NCBI RefSeq assembly: GCF_001194135.2 | Contig: NC_069004.1 | Span: 19,539,582-19,603,581 of the forward strand | From: Octopus bimaculoides | Taxonomy: Eukaryota | DNA length: 64,000 nt | Reading direction: 5' to 3' | In this document: positions 11,071 to 23,043 of the stretch, piece by piece | How the letters are laid out: each line of letters opens with the position of its first letter | Position numbering within the stretch: the stretch's first letter is position 1 | Position numbers and translations under genes: made by a program | Notes under the pieces: generated by a model | Database searches by the model: none | What the model saw: only the letters and a program-made list of their open reading frames with translations | What the model was told of the DNA's origin: nothing

Positions 11071-11470
11071 TTAATGTTTATTTTTTACTATTTCTTTGAG
11101 GCTTGGTTTCCCTAGTACTATGTCTATAAATTTCTCTGTTCTTTTCTTTTTTACCCTGTGTACCCCTATGAATTCAGATATCATAGTGGTTGTTGTCTTC
11201 CACATTTTGACAGTCTCCGTACCTAAATCTTTGTATTTCTTCATTTTACTAATTTCTTCAACTGTGACATTGTTGTCCGTGGGGTCACCCATATCAGGAT
11301 GTAAGTTTTATCCATATGGTTTTTTTAACAGTTATATCAGGACAATTTGCCTTGATGGTTCTATTGGTAGGATTTTTTAAATCCCAGAAAGGTGATCTGG
11401 CTAATTTCAGTGACTGGTTGAGGAAAGTGTTCAAACTAGTTCTTAGACAACTTTTTCCCATAGTGCTTGC
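11071..11470 (-). mobile_element. R4/Dong-like non-LTR retrotransposon remnant (restriction-like endonuclease domain)
   Basis: Frameshifted peptides WDLKNPTNRTIKANCPDITVK (PD at 11341-11336) and PTDNNVTVEEISKMKKYKDLGTETVKMWKTT...EKFIDIVLGKPSLKEI. They resemble the WDF.IQTD..I.A.RPDIV...D..IP.D.N...KE.EK..KY.DL...MW motif of R4/Dong RLE elements. Confidence 0.8.
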
Positions 11471-11519
11471 AGATTTATTATTATTATTATTATTATTATT
11501 ACTACTAGTAGTAGTAGTA

Positions 11520-11870
11520 AAGCGTTGAACTGGCAGAATTGTTAGCATGCTGGATGAAATGCATAGTGGTATTTTGCCTGTCACTACATTCTGAGTTCAA
11601 ATCCTGCCAAAGTTGACTTTGCGTTTCATCCTTTTGGGGTTGATAAAATAAGTGCCACTTGGATCGGTGTAAGTAACTTTGGAATTTATCATATAGCTTC
11701 AAAATTAATCATGCAAGAATTAATCATATAGCTTTAAAATTTCAATGATATGATTGTGTAGTTTTAGAATGACATTGTAGGGTCTATGTGATAGGCCAGA
11801 TCTAGCTGTTTGAGCATAAAACTGGTAGAATATTTGGGCTGGATATGGCCAGTTTAAACGCTATAATTTA
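11520..11870. mobile_element. family-2 SINE (+, 11520-11680) followed by MITE A fragment (-, 11700-11870)
   Basis: Matches the family motifs described above. Confidence 0.75.
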
Positions 11871-11994
11871 GTTGGCATTACAAAATTATCCTGGTGGCAA
11901 ACTTCAGTACATGATATATCACACCTTTGTATAGTGACAGCTTCTACACCTGTAATCACTATATGTCATCTAATCAGTTCAGATAAGAAGCAAT

Positions 11995-12190
11995 GAATGA
12001 CATTTTGGCATTGAGTTCCCCAGTTAGTCCTGAATGAGTAGATTTATGATCATACGCATTCCTATCGTGACCATGTCTTCTTGTATTCATCCAATGTGTT
12101 CTTCATCTCATAAAATACCAAGGTGTAATTTGAAAGACATCTGGTTGCTATATCTAGCAAGTCAAATGATGATGTAGAGGCTTCTTCTTT
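11995..12190 (+). mobile_element. unclassified interspersed repeat D (other copies about 12660-12775, 18880-19100, 19105-19321 +; 33340-33420 -)
   Basis: Shared CCCCAGGTCAG...GAGCAGACTTATGATCAAA...ATTCC 5' part and TTGGCTGCTATTTCTAG...TAGAGG 3' part. Confidence 0.65.
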
Positions 12191-13154
12191 GGCTTGTTAT
12201 AAAAGTTATTGAAAGTAATAGCTGTCTTTGTTTAGAGCAATTGTTCTCAACCATTTTTTTTAATCTATGGACCCCTTTGGTTACTATTTTATATTCTGGT
12301 GGGCTCCCTCAGCTATTCGATGTTTAAAAGCTAGTTTTACAGATACTTCTTTCAAAATTCTTATTTTGCTTTTCACACATTCACTTGAATTGTTAGCATG
12401 TCGGGCAAAATGCCATGCGTCATTTTGTTGATCTTTATGTTGTGAGATCAAATTCTGCCAAGGTCAACTTGTTGCCATTCATCCTTTCAGGGTCCATAAA
12501 ATAGGTGTCAGCTGAGCACCGGGGTCAATGTAACTGACTAGCCCCTTCACTCAAATTTACTGGCCCTGTGCCAAAATTTGAAATCATTATCATGATCATG
12601 TTCGTCATTACCATCATCATCATCCTCATCATCTTCAACATAAATTTTACGTGTGCTTCTGTTGTTTACTCTGAAATCAGCCTTGATTGAGCAGACTTAT
12701 GATCAAAAGAATTCCAGATGTGACTGTCTTATCTTTTATTCAGACAAAGTGTGACTAGGATTACATTTTCCAGTGTAGTGGTTCTCAAAATCTTTTTAAC
12801 TTTTGTGGTGCACTGGAGATCAAACAAGTATGGAAAGTATAAAAATTTAAAGGATGAAAACTGGCATGGCTACGTGGTTAAGAAACTTGCTCTGCATTCA
12901 TGTTGTTTTAGGTTCAATCCCACCACATTGCAGTGGGACTGAACAAGTATCTTCTACTTTAGCCCAGGGCTGATCAGTGCCTTGTGAGTGAATTTGCTAG
13001 ATGAAAACTGGAAGTCTGTCATGTATGCAATGCAATTCAGTGCACTTATAAGTGGATGTTTCACATTGGCCCTGTTGGAGTCATTTCCATACATAATCAT
13101 ATTTTGTAGTAGGGGTTCTGAATGAAAGGGGAAGATGTGAGATGACCACCAAAA

Positions 13155-13640
13155 ATGGCTGTGCAAAAGTTTTCAGCCACCTCACATAAACCAATCAAGA
13201 TACAGTGTTTTAAAACAGAAAAATATCATTTATTACATAATGTTCACTTCAAGAAGTTACTGTACATTGTTAATAATTTGTGTGGCTTCCCTTAGCTTGA
13301 ATAATTGCTTCAATGCACCTGGGAAGAGATGCATGCAAATTCTTCACCATCTTCACAGGTATGAGATGCCCTTCTCTATTGCTGAATAACCACAACTCTT
13401 CAAAATTGCACGGATTCTTTTGATGAACTCTTCTCTTTAGTCCTGTCCACATTTGCTCGATGATATTTAAGTCAGGGTTCTGAGCTGGTCAATCTTTCAA
13501 TACGGTAACACCTTCATCAGCCACACTCTGTTGTGTTACATGCAATCTATGGCATGGAGCTCTGTCATGCTGAAAAATCTCAGCTTCATCCAAGTCTGGT
13601 ATCAAATTGTATTTGGCACTATTCAAGTTACCGTCTGCTA
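13155..13640 (-). mobile_element. Tc1-family transposon remnant (transposase C-terminus plus one terminal repeat)
   Basis: FQHDRAPCH...VTVLKD*PAQNPDLNIIEQMWTGLKRRVHQKNPCNFEEL...LPRCIEAIIQAKGSHTNY. This has the Tc1 motifs FQQDNAPCH and WPxQSPDLNPIE, with an in-frame stop. A TIR-like GCTGTGCAAAAGTTTTCAGCCAC lies at about 13157-13180. Confidence 0.9.
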
Positions 13641-14944
13641 GGTTTTAATTTAGATCACTTTAAAACAAGAACTTTGTATCATAGAATTGTGCAATGGCCT
13701 CAGGCAGGTTGATATGATATGGGTTAAGATATAATTTAAGGCTATTTAAGCCTTAAGTTATATATTTCTTTTAAAATCCACAATGTACCTTGACACCCTT
13801 TCTGGCACTTTTAAAAGATTAAATTTTGATTTGAGTTCTGATTTATGAGCCCCCAACGACTCTTAAATTGTTCACCTGTTTCATGAGTGGAACAGGATTT
13901 GCTACATCTGCTGCATGAGAAGGCAAAATTTGCAATATAGCGTTTTTATGTTTTCTTTTCTTGCGAAGTTTGAACATCTCTGATTATTTAAAAATTTTCT
14001 TTGGTATATTTTTCTAGAAAAAAAGTTTACTTTGATTCTCTCTTCTTGTCTTGACATTTGCATGCTGATTGTTAACAAAGTTATTGTTTATTCAAACACA
14101 GTGTCATTTGTTTGCAGTCCTCTGTAAAAACATGTCCTGCCATTGTGTTTATTTTCAAAGGATTTGGGACAATATTACCTTACTTGGAAACAAAATAAGG
14201 ATTGGTGATAAGAGAGGCATCTTTCCATAGAAAATCCACCTCAACAAGTTTCATCTAACCCATGCCAGCATGGAAAAGTGGATGCTTACATGATGACAGA
14301 GGTGGTGGTGGTGGTGGTGTCTCTCACCTCCTGCTGATGTTCAATGGGATATCAGCTCTATTGAACTCACAAATTCGATGGAGTTTGCAAGCTCTATAAG
14401 CACTACCCTTCTTCCACATATTATCCCACTGGCTGTTATTTGGTTTTGCTTGACATATCTTAATATTCTGCAAATTCTAGCACAACCAGCTCAAGTGTAT
14501 CACTGGTATTTCCATTGTGGCATAAACACCATGCTCAATCGCTCCTTCTCACAGCAAAAGGAATATTAGCTATGCAAGCTTCACTTGTCCGATAGGACAG
14601 ACCCTAGGCACAAGTTCTACTGCCAAGCCAAACCAGTTTAAAATTTACATGTTCTGTAACTTGCTAAGTCACTGGCATTCTGCTGAAGACCTCATAGTGT
14701 ATCCTGGACAAGTTAAACTGCCAGAACTTGGCTATCTCTAAATTATAGACATACAGGATTTTGCTTGAGCAAAGCCAGCTTACTGTGTTTTTGTTACTAG
14801 ATTACTGAGTTGCACCTACTCATAGTACCTATTTATTGCTAGATGGACTTGCAAGCTAAATATCTTGATACAATATAGTATTTAGCTCGTGGTTAGTAAC
14901 ACTGGAATAAATCAGCTACATTATTATCACCTTTCCTTTCGTGT

Positions 14945-15213
14945 GTGTATGGTCGTGTGGGTAAGAAGCTTGCTTCCCAACTATGCAGTCATGGTTTCAG
15001 TTCCATTATGCAGCACTTTGGGCAAGTGTCTTCTAATATAGCTTCAGCCAATGAAAGCTTTGTGAGTGAATATCGGAGAAAGAAACTCTAAGTGTGTGTA
15101 CATTTCTCTGTTGGTGTTGGTTTGTTTACATTCCTGTGACTTAGCAGTTCAGCAACAGTGACTGTGATCTCTTCAACTAAATCCTTCAAGGAAGTGCCCC
15201 AGCGCATGCATGG

Positions 15214-15257
<44 letters not shown>

Positions 15258-15456
15258 TTATATATGTATATATACATATACATACATATATATATATGTG
15301 TGCATTTAAATGTATATATATATACATACATATGTATATTTGTGTGTCTATATATATATATATATATATTTATTTATGTATGTATATATATATATTTATT
15401 TATGTATGTATATATATATATTTATTTATGTATGTATATATATATATTTATTTATG

Positions 15457-15535
<79 letters not shown>

Positions 15536-15945
15536 GCATATATATGTATGTCTACACATATATGTATACATATATGTATTCATATGTATGTATACATATA
15601 TATCTATCTATATATATATATATATACATGTATACACACCTGTACATACACATATATGCACATACCCATATACATGCACACACACACACACATAAATACA
15701 TATGTATGTATATATTGCCACAGATGTAGCTGTGAGGTAATAAGCTTTTTTCCCAATCACATTGGTCCATATTCGGGCCAACCAAAGAGTTGTGAGTGGA
15801 TTTGGTACATGGAAACATCTAGCTGTGTGTGTGTGTGTCTTTGTGTCAGTTTTTGTTCCCTGTCGCCACTTGACAATCAATGCTGGTGTATTTGCTACCT
15901 GTGACTTAGCAATTTTGCAAATGAGACCAATAGAATAAGTACCAG
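14945..15945 (+). repeat. family-1 SINE fragments around a long compound (CA)n/(TA)n microsatellite with an about 24-bp higher-order unit
   Basis: TATATATATATTTATTTATGTATG is repeated about 4 times at 15355-15470. SINE pieces lie at 14945-15200 and 15715-15945. Confidence 0.85.
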
Positions 15946-16020
15946 ACTTTAGTAAAAAAAAAAAATTTAAAAAAAAAAACGGGAACAATACATTCAACTA
16001 AAAAAATATATATATATATA

Positions 16021-16405
16021 GGCGCAGGAGTGGCTGTGTGGTAAGTAGCTTGCTTACCAACCACATGGTTCTGGGTTCATTCCCACTGCGTGGCACCTTG
16101 GGCAAGTGTCTTCTACTATAGCCTCGGGCCGACCAAAGCCTTGTGAGTGGATTTGGTAGATGGAAACTGAAAGAAGACCGTCGTATATATGTGTGTTTGT
16201 GTGTCTGCGTTTGTGCCCCCCCCCCCCCAAATCGCTTGACAACCGATACTGGTCTGTTAATGTCCCCGTAACTTAACGGTGTGGCAAAAGAGACCGATAG
16301 AATAAGTACTAGGTTTCCAAAGAATAAGTCCTGGGGTCGATTTGCTCGACTAAAGGCGGTACTCCAGCATGGCCACAGTCAAATGACTGAAACAAGTAAA
16401 AGAGA
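16021..16405 (+). mobile_element. full-length young SINE family 1
   Basis: Near-identical to the 9492-9905 copy, with a short central microsatellite. Confidence 0.93.
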
Positions 16406-16496
16406 ATATATATATATATTGTAGGCACCCCTGGACAGACAGATGTGTGTATACATGCATGAATAAAAGTGTATCTGTGAAATTATATATGCATGG

Positions 16497-16528
<32 letters not shown>

Positions 16529-16730
16529 ATATGTATATAAATGTATTTGCATATCTATTTATATAATGTATTCCTGTGTTGATATAAAATGCATGTATGT
16601 ATATGAAAGTATATATACTCGCATCACAACGGAAGAATGTGTTACTCCAGAACGATTGAATTAGCCGAGCTAATGCATATCACTGACTGTAAGGCACAGA
16701 AGAATCAGCAAGATGTAGAGAAATTCTTAC

Positions 16731-16755
16731 CAAAGTTCCAAGAGTATCTGTCCTT
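16731..16755 (-). other. candidate 25-nt microexon
   Basis: Minus strand reads a long T tract...CATTAATTCCAATAG|AAGGACAGATACTCTTGGAACTTTG|GTAAGA. All three frames are open. Confidence 0.35.
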
Positions 16756-17099
16756 CTATTGGAATTAATGTAAATGATACAGAAAAAAAAAAAAAGAAAA
16801 AAATTAGATGTAAGGAGAAAAAAAGTATATAACTTTATATAAATAAAAATACAAGGAAAAAATAGTAAAACAACAACAACAATGAGAACAGGCCTACCTG
16901 TAAAGTTATGTATAGTTGTTGTTATGGTCAAACCAAACCAGTTTCTAGCAAGTTGTTATCAATATTGGTTGCTAACTGTCCATTCTTAGAATTTCGGGCC
17001 ATTAGAAACTGCTTTCATCTGCAGTTTGCTTCTTTTATTTTTTGCTTTCTTAATTTCTTTTATTATTATTTGTAAACTATTTATATCATTTACATTCTC

Positions 17100-17313
17100 T
17101 TTCCTCTTGTTTTTTTTATCTCTCTCTTTCTCTCTCTCTCTCTCTCTTTGATGCATTTTCTCTCATATCTTTTACTCTTGCCTATCACACACTTAGCCTT
17201 TTTCACTCTTTATCTAGCTCTTACTCTCTCTCTCTCTCTCTCTCTCTGACACATTTTTTACTAGCTCTGTCTAAACTGCCTCTCTTTTCTCTTGCTATAG
17301 TATTGTTTCCCTG

Positions 17314-17344
<31 letters not shown>

Positions 17345-17800
17345 CCTCCCCCTACCTCTCTGTTTCTTTTCTGTATTTTCTTATCCTTTTCTTTTCATTT
17401 CTAGACCTCCTCTCTCTCATTTTCTCTCTCGCTCTCCCTGTCTGGCTAACCCCTCTTCCTTCATAATTCTTCTACTCTCTTTCTCTTGCTCTCTTCTCTT
17501 CCATAATCTTTCTCTTCACTCAACCTCTCCTTTCATATTCTCTCTCTCTCTCTCATTCTCATATTTTATCTCTTTTTTTTCTTTTAGACCAATTTGTTTT
17601 ACATTACTTTTTTTTCTACCAGTCTTCCCCCCCCACCTCCTTGTCTCTCACACACACACACACTGACAGCCTTGCTCTTCTATCATTTCCATTTTCTTCT
17701 CAATCTCCTGCATTTCTCTGTTTGTTCACCCACTTTCCCCTCACACTCCCCTCTGTCATTCTCTCACACACTCTCCTTTTTTCTTTTATATTTATTAATT
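17100..17800. repeat. (CT)n-rich low-complexity tract
   Basis: Multiple (CT)n runs in a pyrimidine-biased + strand. Confidence 0.9.
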
Positions 17801-18180
17801 ATGTTGATGATTATTATGTATGTTGTGCAGCTGTCGATTTAAGATAGCTTGGCTCTCTTACTCCAGTCCTGGCCTTTCTCTCTCACCCTCTCCCCGTCGT
17901 TATTTCTCTCCTCTGCAGCTCCTTTCCCTCCACAAGAAGCAAACACACACGCGCATGCACGCACACATGCACGCATGCACGCACACTTCAACTTAGCTGT
18001 TACTTCAGATCTAGCCTTTCTGTCTCATCTCATCTTGTTTCATTTCTCTTTACCTTACCCCCACCCCACTTCAAATTTCTCCTCTTCTCATCCTTCCCTC
18101 TATAACACACACACACACACAAACTACAACACATAAAAAAAAAATTTCCAAAACAAAAAACAAAACAAGTAAACACTGCA

Positions 18181-18372
18181 TACACAAACTACCACACACG
18201 CACACACAAACTACCGCACACACACACAAACTACTGCACACACACAAACTACCGCACACACACACAAACTACCACACACACACACACAAACTACCGCACA
18301 CACACACAAACTACCACACACACACACAAACTACCGCACACACACACACACGCAAACTACTGCACACACACA
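18181..18372. repeat. about 20-bp minisatellite AAACTAC(C/T)(G/A)CACACACACAC, about 9 copies
   Basis: Read directly. Confidence 0.9.
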
Positions 18373-19321
18373 CAGAGTGAGGATTGTGATAGTGTGTTGT
18401 ATGTCTGCAGTTTACAAATCGTTCCTGTAACACACATAGCTTCTGGCTTTTTACTTGCTGCTTTCAGATACTAAGCTAATTTGTAGTCACCAGTCTTTCT
18501 CTCTCTCTGCATGTGTATGTGGGTATATATTTGTATGTATGTATATGTGCTTGTGTATGTGGGGTTTATATCTGTATGTATGTGTATGTGTGTTTGTTGT
18601 GGAGTTTTGTCATCTCTATTCTTTCTCTCTCTCTCTCTTTGTTTCTTATTCTCTTTCTCTCTCTCTCTCTCTCATTCTCTGTATCTCTCTGTGTCTCTCT
18701 CTGTCTCTCTCTGTCTCTCTCTGACTTTCTTTCACTTGTTTGTATTCATCATATCTCTTGTTAGTTGCACTACTATTAATGATAATGGTAGTGGTGGGGA
18801 TGATGATGATGATGATAGCTGCAATACTGGTGACTAATGTTGATGGTTGTGGTGGTTGTTGAGCTGGACAATGTGTTATTTGTTACTGCTGATTAGTCTT
18901 CAGGTTCAACCCTAATTAAACAAATCTGTAGTCAGTAGCGTTTCAGCCATGACCCTCCTGCCTTTTTAGAGTTACGTCTAGGTTTGCCTTCATTATCTAC
19001 TGTGTCCAGTCCTTATACCCTTATACTACATGGTTGTTGTTTGAGGAAGATTTGTCTGTTATTTTTAGCAAATTGAATGACGTGTAAAGGCTTTCTCGTT
19101 GTGTTATTTAACCCCAGGTCAGCTCTGGTGGGACAGACTTATGATCAAAAGCATTCTTGCCATAGCCATCATGTCTTTTTTCTCTTTTACTCGTTATACT
19201 AATTGTCCCCAGGACGACATTAGCCAATATCTAGTGTCTGTCCTTTCCTGTTTAAGAGGATATAGGGTGATTTCAGGGAAGTTTGGCTGCTATTTCTAGA
19301 AGATTAATTGACCATATAGAG

Positions 19322-19562
19322 CAGCAGTTCTCAGCCATTTTTTTTTTTTACCTATGGATCCCTTTGACTCCCATTTTACTCTGGTGGTCCCTCTCATAGC
19401 CATTTGATGTTTAAAAAAAATCTTTTTTATAATTAACTGTTATTAGGAATTGTATAAAAAAAAATTCAGATTTTCTCTGTTGTACATAAATTTTAACTAC
19501 AAAATTTTATATGGCTCCCAACCCCCACCAAGGGTCACATGGACCCTGGTTGAGAATCACTG
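19322..19562 (+). mobile_element. hAT-like (Charlie-type) MITE with 8-bp TSD
   Basis: TIRs CAGCAGTTCTCAGCC / GGTTGAGAATCACTG. Flanks ATATAGAG / ATGTAGAG match at 7/8. 8-bp TSDs are typical of hAT elements. Confidence 0.88.
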
Positions 19563-19604
19563 ATGTAGAGGTTCTTTGTTGGTTCATCCTTCATTGTATT
19601 GTTA

Positions 19605-19975
19605 TTGGTAGTGGTGGTGGTGGAGATGATGATGATGGTGCTAATGATGACGATGATGATGGTTGTGATAGCTGCAGTGATGGTAATTGTGTGTAATGTG
19701 AATAATGTGATAGAAGTGGTACTCACTGTGCTGTTGATGGTGGTGGCAGTGGCGAAATAGGCTGTAGTTAAGGTGGTGGTGATGATGCTGATGGTTGAGA
19801 GGAAGACAAAAGGCTGTGCAATGGGGGGTAGTTGTGATGAATGTGGTGGTGGTTTTGTGTTGATGATAATGATGAAGGGGGATAACTGCAATAGTGCTTG
19901 TGGATAATACTGATGGTACCACAATGGTAGTCATTTTGTCTTTGTTGTTGGTGGTGGTGGATGATGGTGCCTCAA
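19605..19975. repeat. (GGT/GAT)n degenerate trinucleotide tract (similar tracts 33480-33630, 48890-49070)
   Basis: Read directly; explains the spurious T/I/H-rich ORFs. Confidence 0.85.
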
Positions 19976-20117
19976 GCAGTGGCCATAAATCCAGCTATAT
20001 CTGCCCTTATAATAATTTATATTAGTTGCACAAGAAAAAAAATCCCAGGGATCATTTTCTGGAGATGGTTATCACTCCCATTTACGAGTGCGTATATTTG
20101 TTTATGTCTTGTGTTTT

Positions 20118-20490
20118 GTCTTTTACTCATTAAGTCATTAGACTGTGGCCATGCTGGGGTACCACCTTGAATTTTTTAGTCGAATGAATTGACACCCCAA
20201 TACTTATTTTTTTTGCTTGTTTTAAATCTGGTACTTATGTCAATCCCTTTTGCCAGACTGCTAAGTTACAGGGATGTAAACATACCAACAGCAGTTGTTA
20301 AGTGGAGATGGAGGACAAAGACACACACACACACACATATGTGACAAACTTCTTCCAGTTTCTGTGTATGAAATCCACCCACAAGGCTTAGGTCATTCCG
20401 AGGCTGTAGCAGAAGACACTTGCCTAAGATGCCACACACTGGAACTGAACCCAGAACCATGTGGTTGGGAAGCAAGTCATGCCTGTGCCT
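20118..20490 (-). mobile_element. SINE family 1, older copy
   Basis: Reverse-complement head plus tail. Confidence 0.8.
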
Positions 20491-20878
20491 ATCCAGATAT
20501 ATTTATAATTATGCCCCCTCTTTTCTTTCTCAGTATTTATGTAATCTAATATATTGAAAAATTATTTGATCCTCTTTTTCTTCTCCAATTTTATTTGGGG
20601 TTCTTCAGCTCTTATTTCTGCTAATCAAATTCATCTCCCCTTTCATTTTGTACCATTAAAATTAATTTTTTACCTTTTCATTTCCATTTATGTTTATCTA
20701 AAAGTGTTTCTAATTTAGACACAAAGCCATCAGTTTTGAAAGAATCAACCCCTTGTACTTAACTGGTATTTTAAAAAATATTTTTCTTCAGCCACTTCTT
20801 TAACCTGTACCATACCTCCCCTGCCAAAAGTCATGATTAAATAATCTGAAATTAGAAAATTATTTTATGCTATAAATA

Positions 20879-21290
20879 GGTACAGGTGTGGCTGTGTGGT
20901 AAGAAGTTTGCTTCCCAGCCACATAGTTCTGGGTTCAGTCCTATTGTGTGGTACTGTGGGTGAGTATCTTCTACCGTAGCCCTGGACCAACCTTGTGAGT
21001 GGATTTGGTTGATGGAAACTGAAAGAAGCTCGTTTGTGTGTGTGTGTGTGTCTGCTTGTCTTGACTTTGATTGTTGTAAATGAGTGTGACTTGTCATACA
21101 AGCAGTGTTATTCATTTCCAATATTCTGTGAGAACATGTCTGGCAATGGAGAAATATTACCTTGCTTCAAAACAAACGAGGGTTGGTGACTGGAAGGGCA
21201 TCCAACCACAAAAATCTACCTCAAACTTTGACCAACCCATGCAAGCATGGGAAAGTGAACATTAAATGATAAAGTTGATGATGATGATGA
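20879..21290 (+). mobile_element. SINE with family-1 head and RTE-type tail (also 44745-45120 +, 60050-60385 -)
   Basis: Family-1 head, then (TG)n, then GAGGGTTGGTGACTGGAAGGGCATCC...CCAACCCATGCAAGCATGG...GATGATGATGA. Confidence 0.85.
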
Positions 21291-21778
21291 AAAAAGGAGG
21301 AGAGAGTAAGTTCATGACATGATTTTTATCTTTTTTTTCTTCTTTCTTTTGTAGTGAACATTTTCCCTCATGCTTATGCAAGGAATCAACATTTCCTTAG
21401 GATATTCAGTAAGTTTGTTATTTATTACCTATTTAATTATACTGACATAAGGTCACGCTTAAGTTTTTGTAAATGGATTGAAAGGAGAGTTAAACTCACT
21501 GATGTGTCAATGACAAAAACACTTGGTTCGCTTAGCTTTAAACAGGGCACCTGATACCACATGGCAGAAAAAACAGCTCACCCTCTTTGTGAGCAGCTGC
21601 ATTACTATAAATTAGAGACTCATTAATGTAGCTGACAGTCTTGCGTTTCATTCCTCTTGTGAGTAGAGCTTAGAGAGCTTAGTGAAGGGGAGAGATGAGC
21701 ATTACTTATATCCATTGCTTAAATATAAAAAACTAAAGGGTTAAGGAACTCCTTGATGCACATTTTTTTGAACCTTGA

Positions 21779-22747
21779 CTCTTTTGATACCAAACCATTC
21801 CTGATTCTAAGATACAATCTTCCTGTTTTAAGCCTTTAGAATTTAAACTGGATTTGGCCAGTTTGAACATAAAGCAGAAAGAATATTTTGGCCAGATATA
21901 TCCAGTTTAAATCCTAAAATTAATTCTAAATGTAAACAATCACATCATTGAGATCTTAAAGTTATGAGATAATGCATGATTAATTCAAAACAGTCTGGAT
22001 AAACAAGCATTACATTTGACAGAGTAACCTGAATGCTAAAGGGTTAAAGTAATCTAGATTAAAATCTTTCACCACAATTTCATGTTAATTTGTGTTCCAA
22101 ACTAGTTTGATAATGACAGAATTATTTTACTAAATTCTGTATTATTTTAAAAATTAATTGAAGCAAAGGCAGTGTATATCAACAGGAGTGGCTGTGTGGT
22201 AAGTAGCTTGCTTACCAACCACATGGTTCCGGGTTCAGTCCAACTGCGTGGCACCTTGGGCAAGTGTCTTCTACTATAGCCTCAGGCCGACCAAAGCCTT
22301 GTGAGTGGATTTGGTAGACAGAAACTGAAAGAAGCCCATTGTATATATGTATATATNNNNNNNNNNNNNNNNNNNNNNNNNNNNNNNNNNNNNNNNNNNN
22401 NNNNNNNNNNNNNNNNNNNNNNNNNNNNNNNNNNNNNNNNNNNNNNNNNNNNNNNNNNNNNNNNNNNNNNNNNNNNNNNNNNNNNNNNNNNNNNNNNNNN
22501 NNNNNNNNNNNNNNNNNNNNNNNNNNNNNNNNNNNNNNAACATCGTTTGACAACCGATGCTGGTGTTTTTACGTCCCCGTAACTTAGTGGTTCGGCAAAA
22601 GAGACCGATAGAATAAGTACTAGGCTTCCAAAGAATAAGTCCTGGGGTCGATTTGTTCGACTAAAGGCGGTGCTCCAGCATGGCCACAGTCAAAAGACTG
22701 AAACAAGTAAAAGATAGAGTAACAAAAGAATTAAGAGAATGAAAGGG
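21779..22747 (+). mobile_element. piggyBac-like MITE B containing MITE A (21832-22043) and a young family-1 SINE (22185-~22735)
   Basis: The B sequence resumes after TTAA[A]TTAA (21828-21831 and 22044-22047). It ends GAAAGGG|TTAA at 22747-22751 after the SINE. Confidence 0.85.
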
Positions 22748-23043
22748 TTAATGTTGAACCTGGCCCTCAGTGGTGAAATTAAATGCTGCAATGTATTTAG
22801 GTCAGTGTTCTCCCATGTCTGGTAATTAAGTCACTGCTTTATTAATCACCATTATCTATAACTTAACAGACTTTACAACTGTTCAGTGTCTGAATTGTTA
22901 CTTTTTACATCCAGATTTCTCCATTGCAAGCTACTCATACTTCTTACCATAGCTATTAATCATGTTATGTGTGTGTGTGAGTGTAGGAAATTATAACACC
23001 ATCTAGTTTTATTAGTTATTTACTCATGTTGTACCATTTAGAC

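Noticed and set aside
14328-14470. Minus-strand 47-codon open frame ending at a GAG|GTGAGA donor
   Set aside because: Weak acceptor, no recognisable homology, and a competing internal donor; could be chance or an old LINE relic.
15158-15904. Long ORFs (up to 306 aa) rich in YI/HT/CV, also at 6231, 26551, 44441, 47800 and 53189
   Set aside because: They are translations of (TA)n/(CA)n microsatellites and N gaps, not proteins.
18181-18372. CRISPR-like repeat/spacer pattern (also 34321-34400 and the 42-43.6 kb array)
   Set aside because: Eukaryotic context, no cas genes, and the spacers are microsatellite or SINE sequence.
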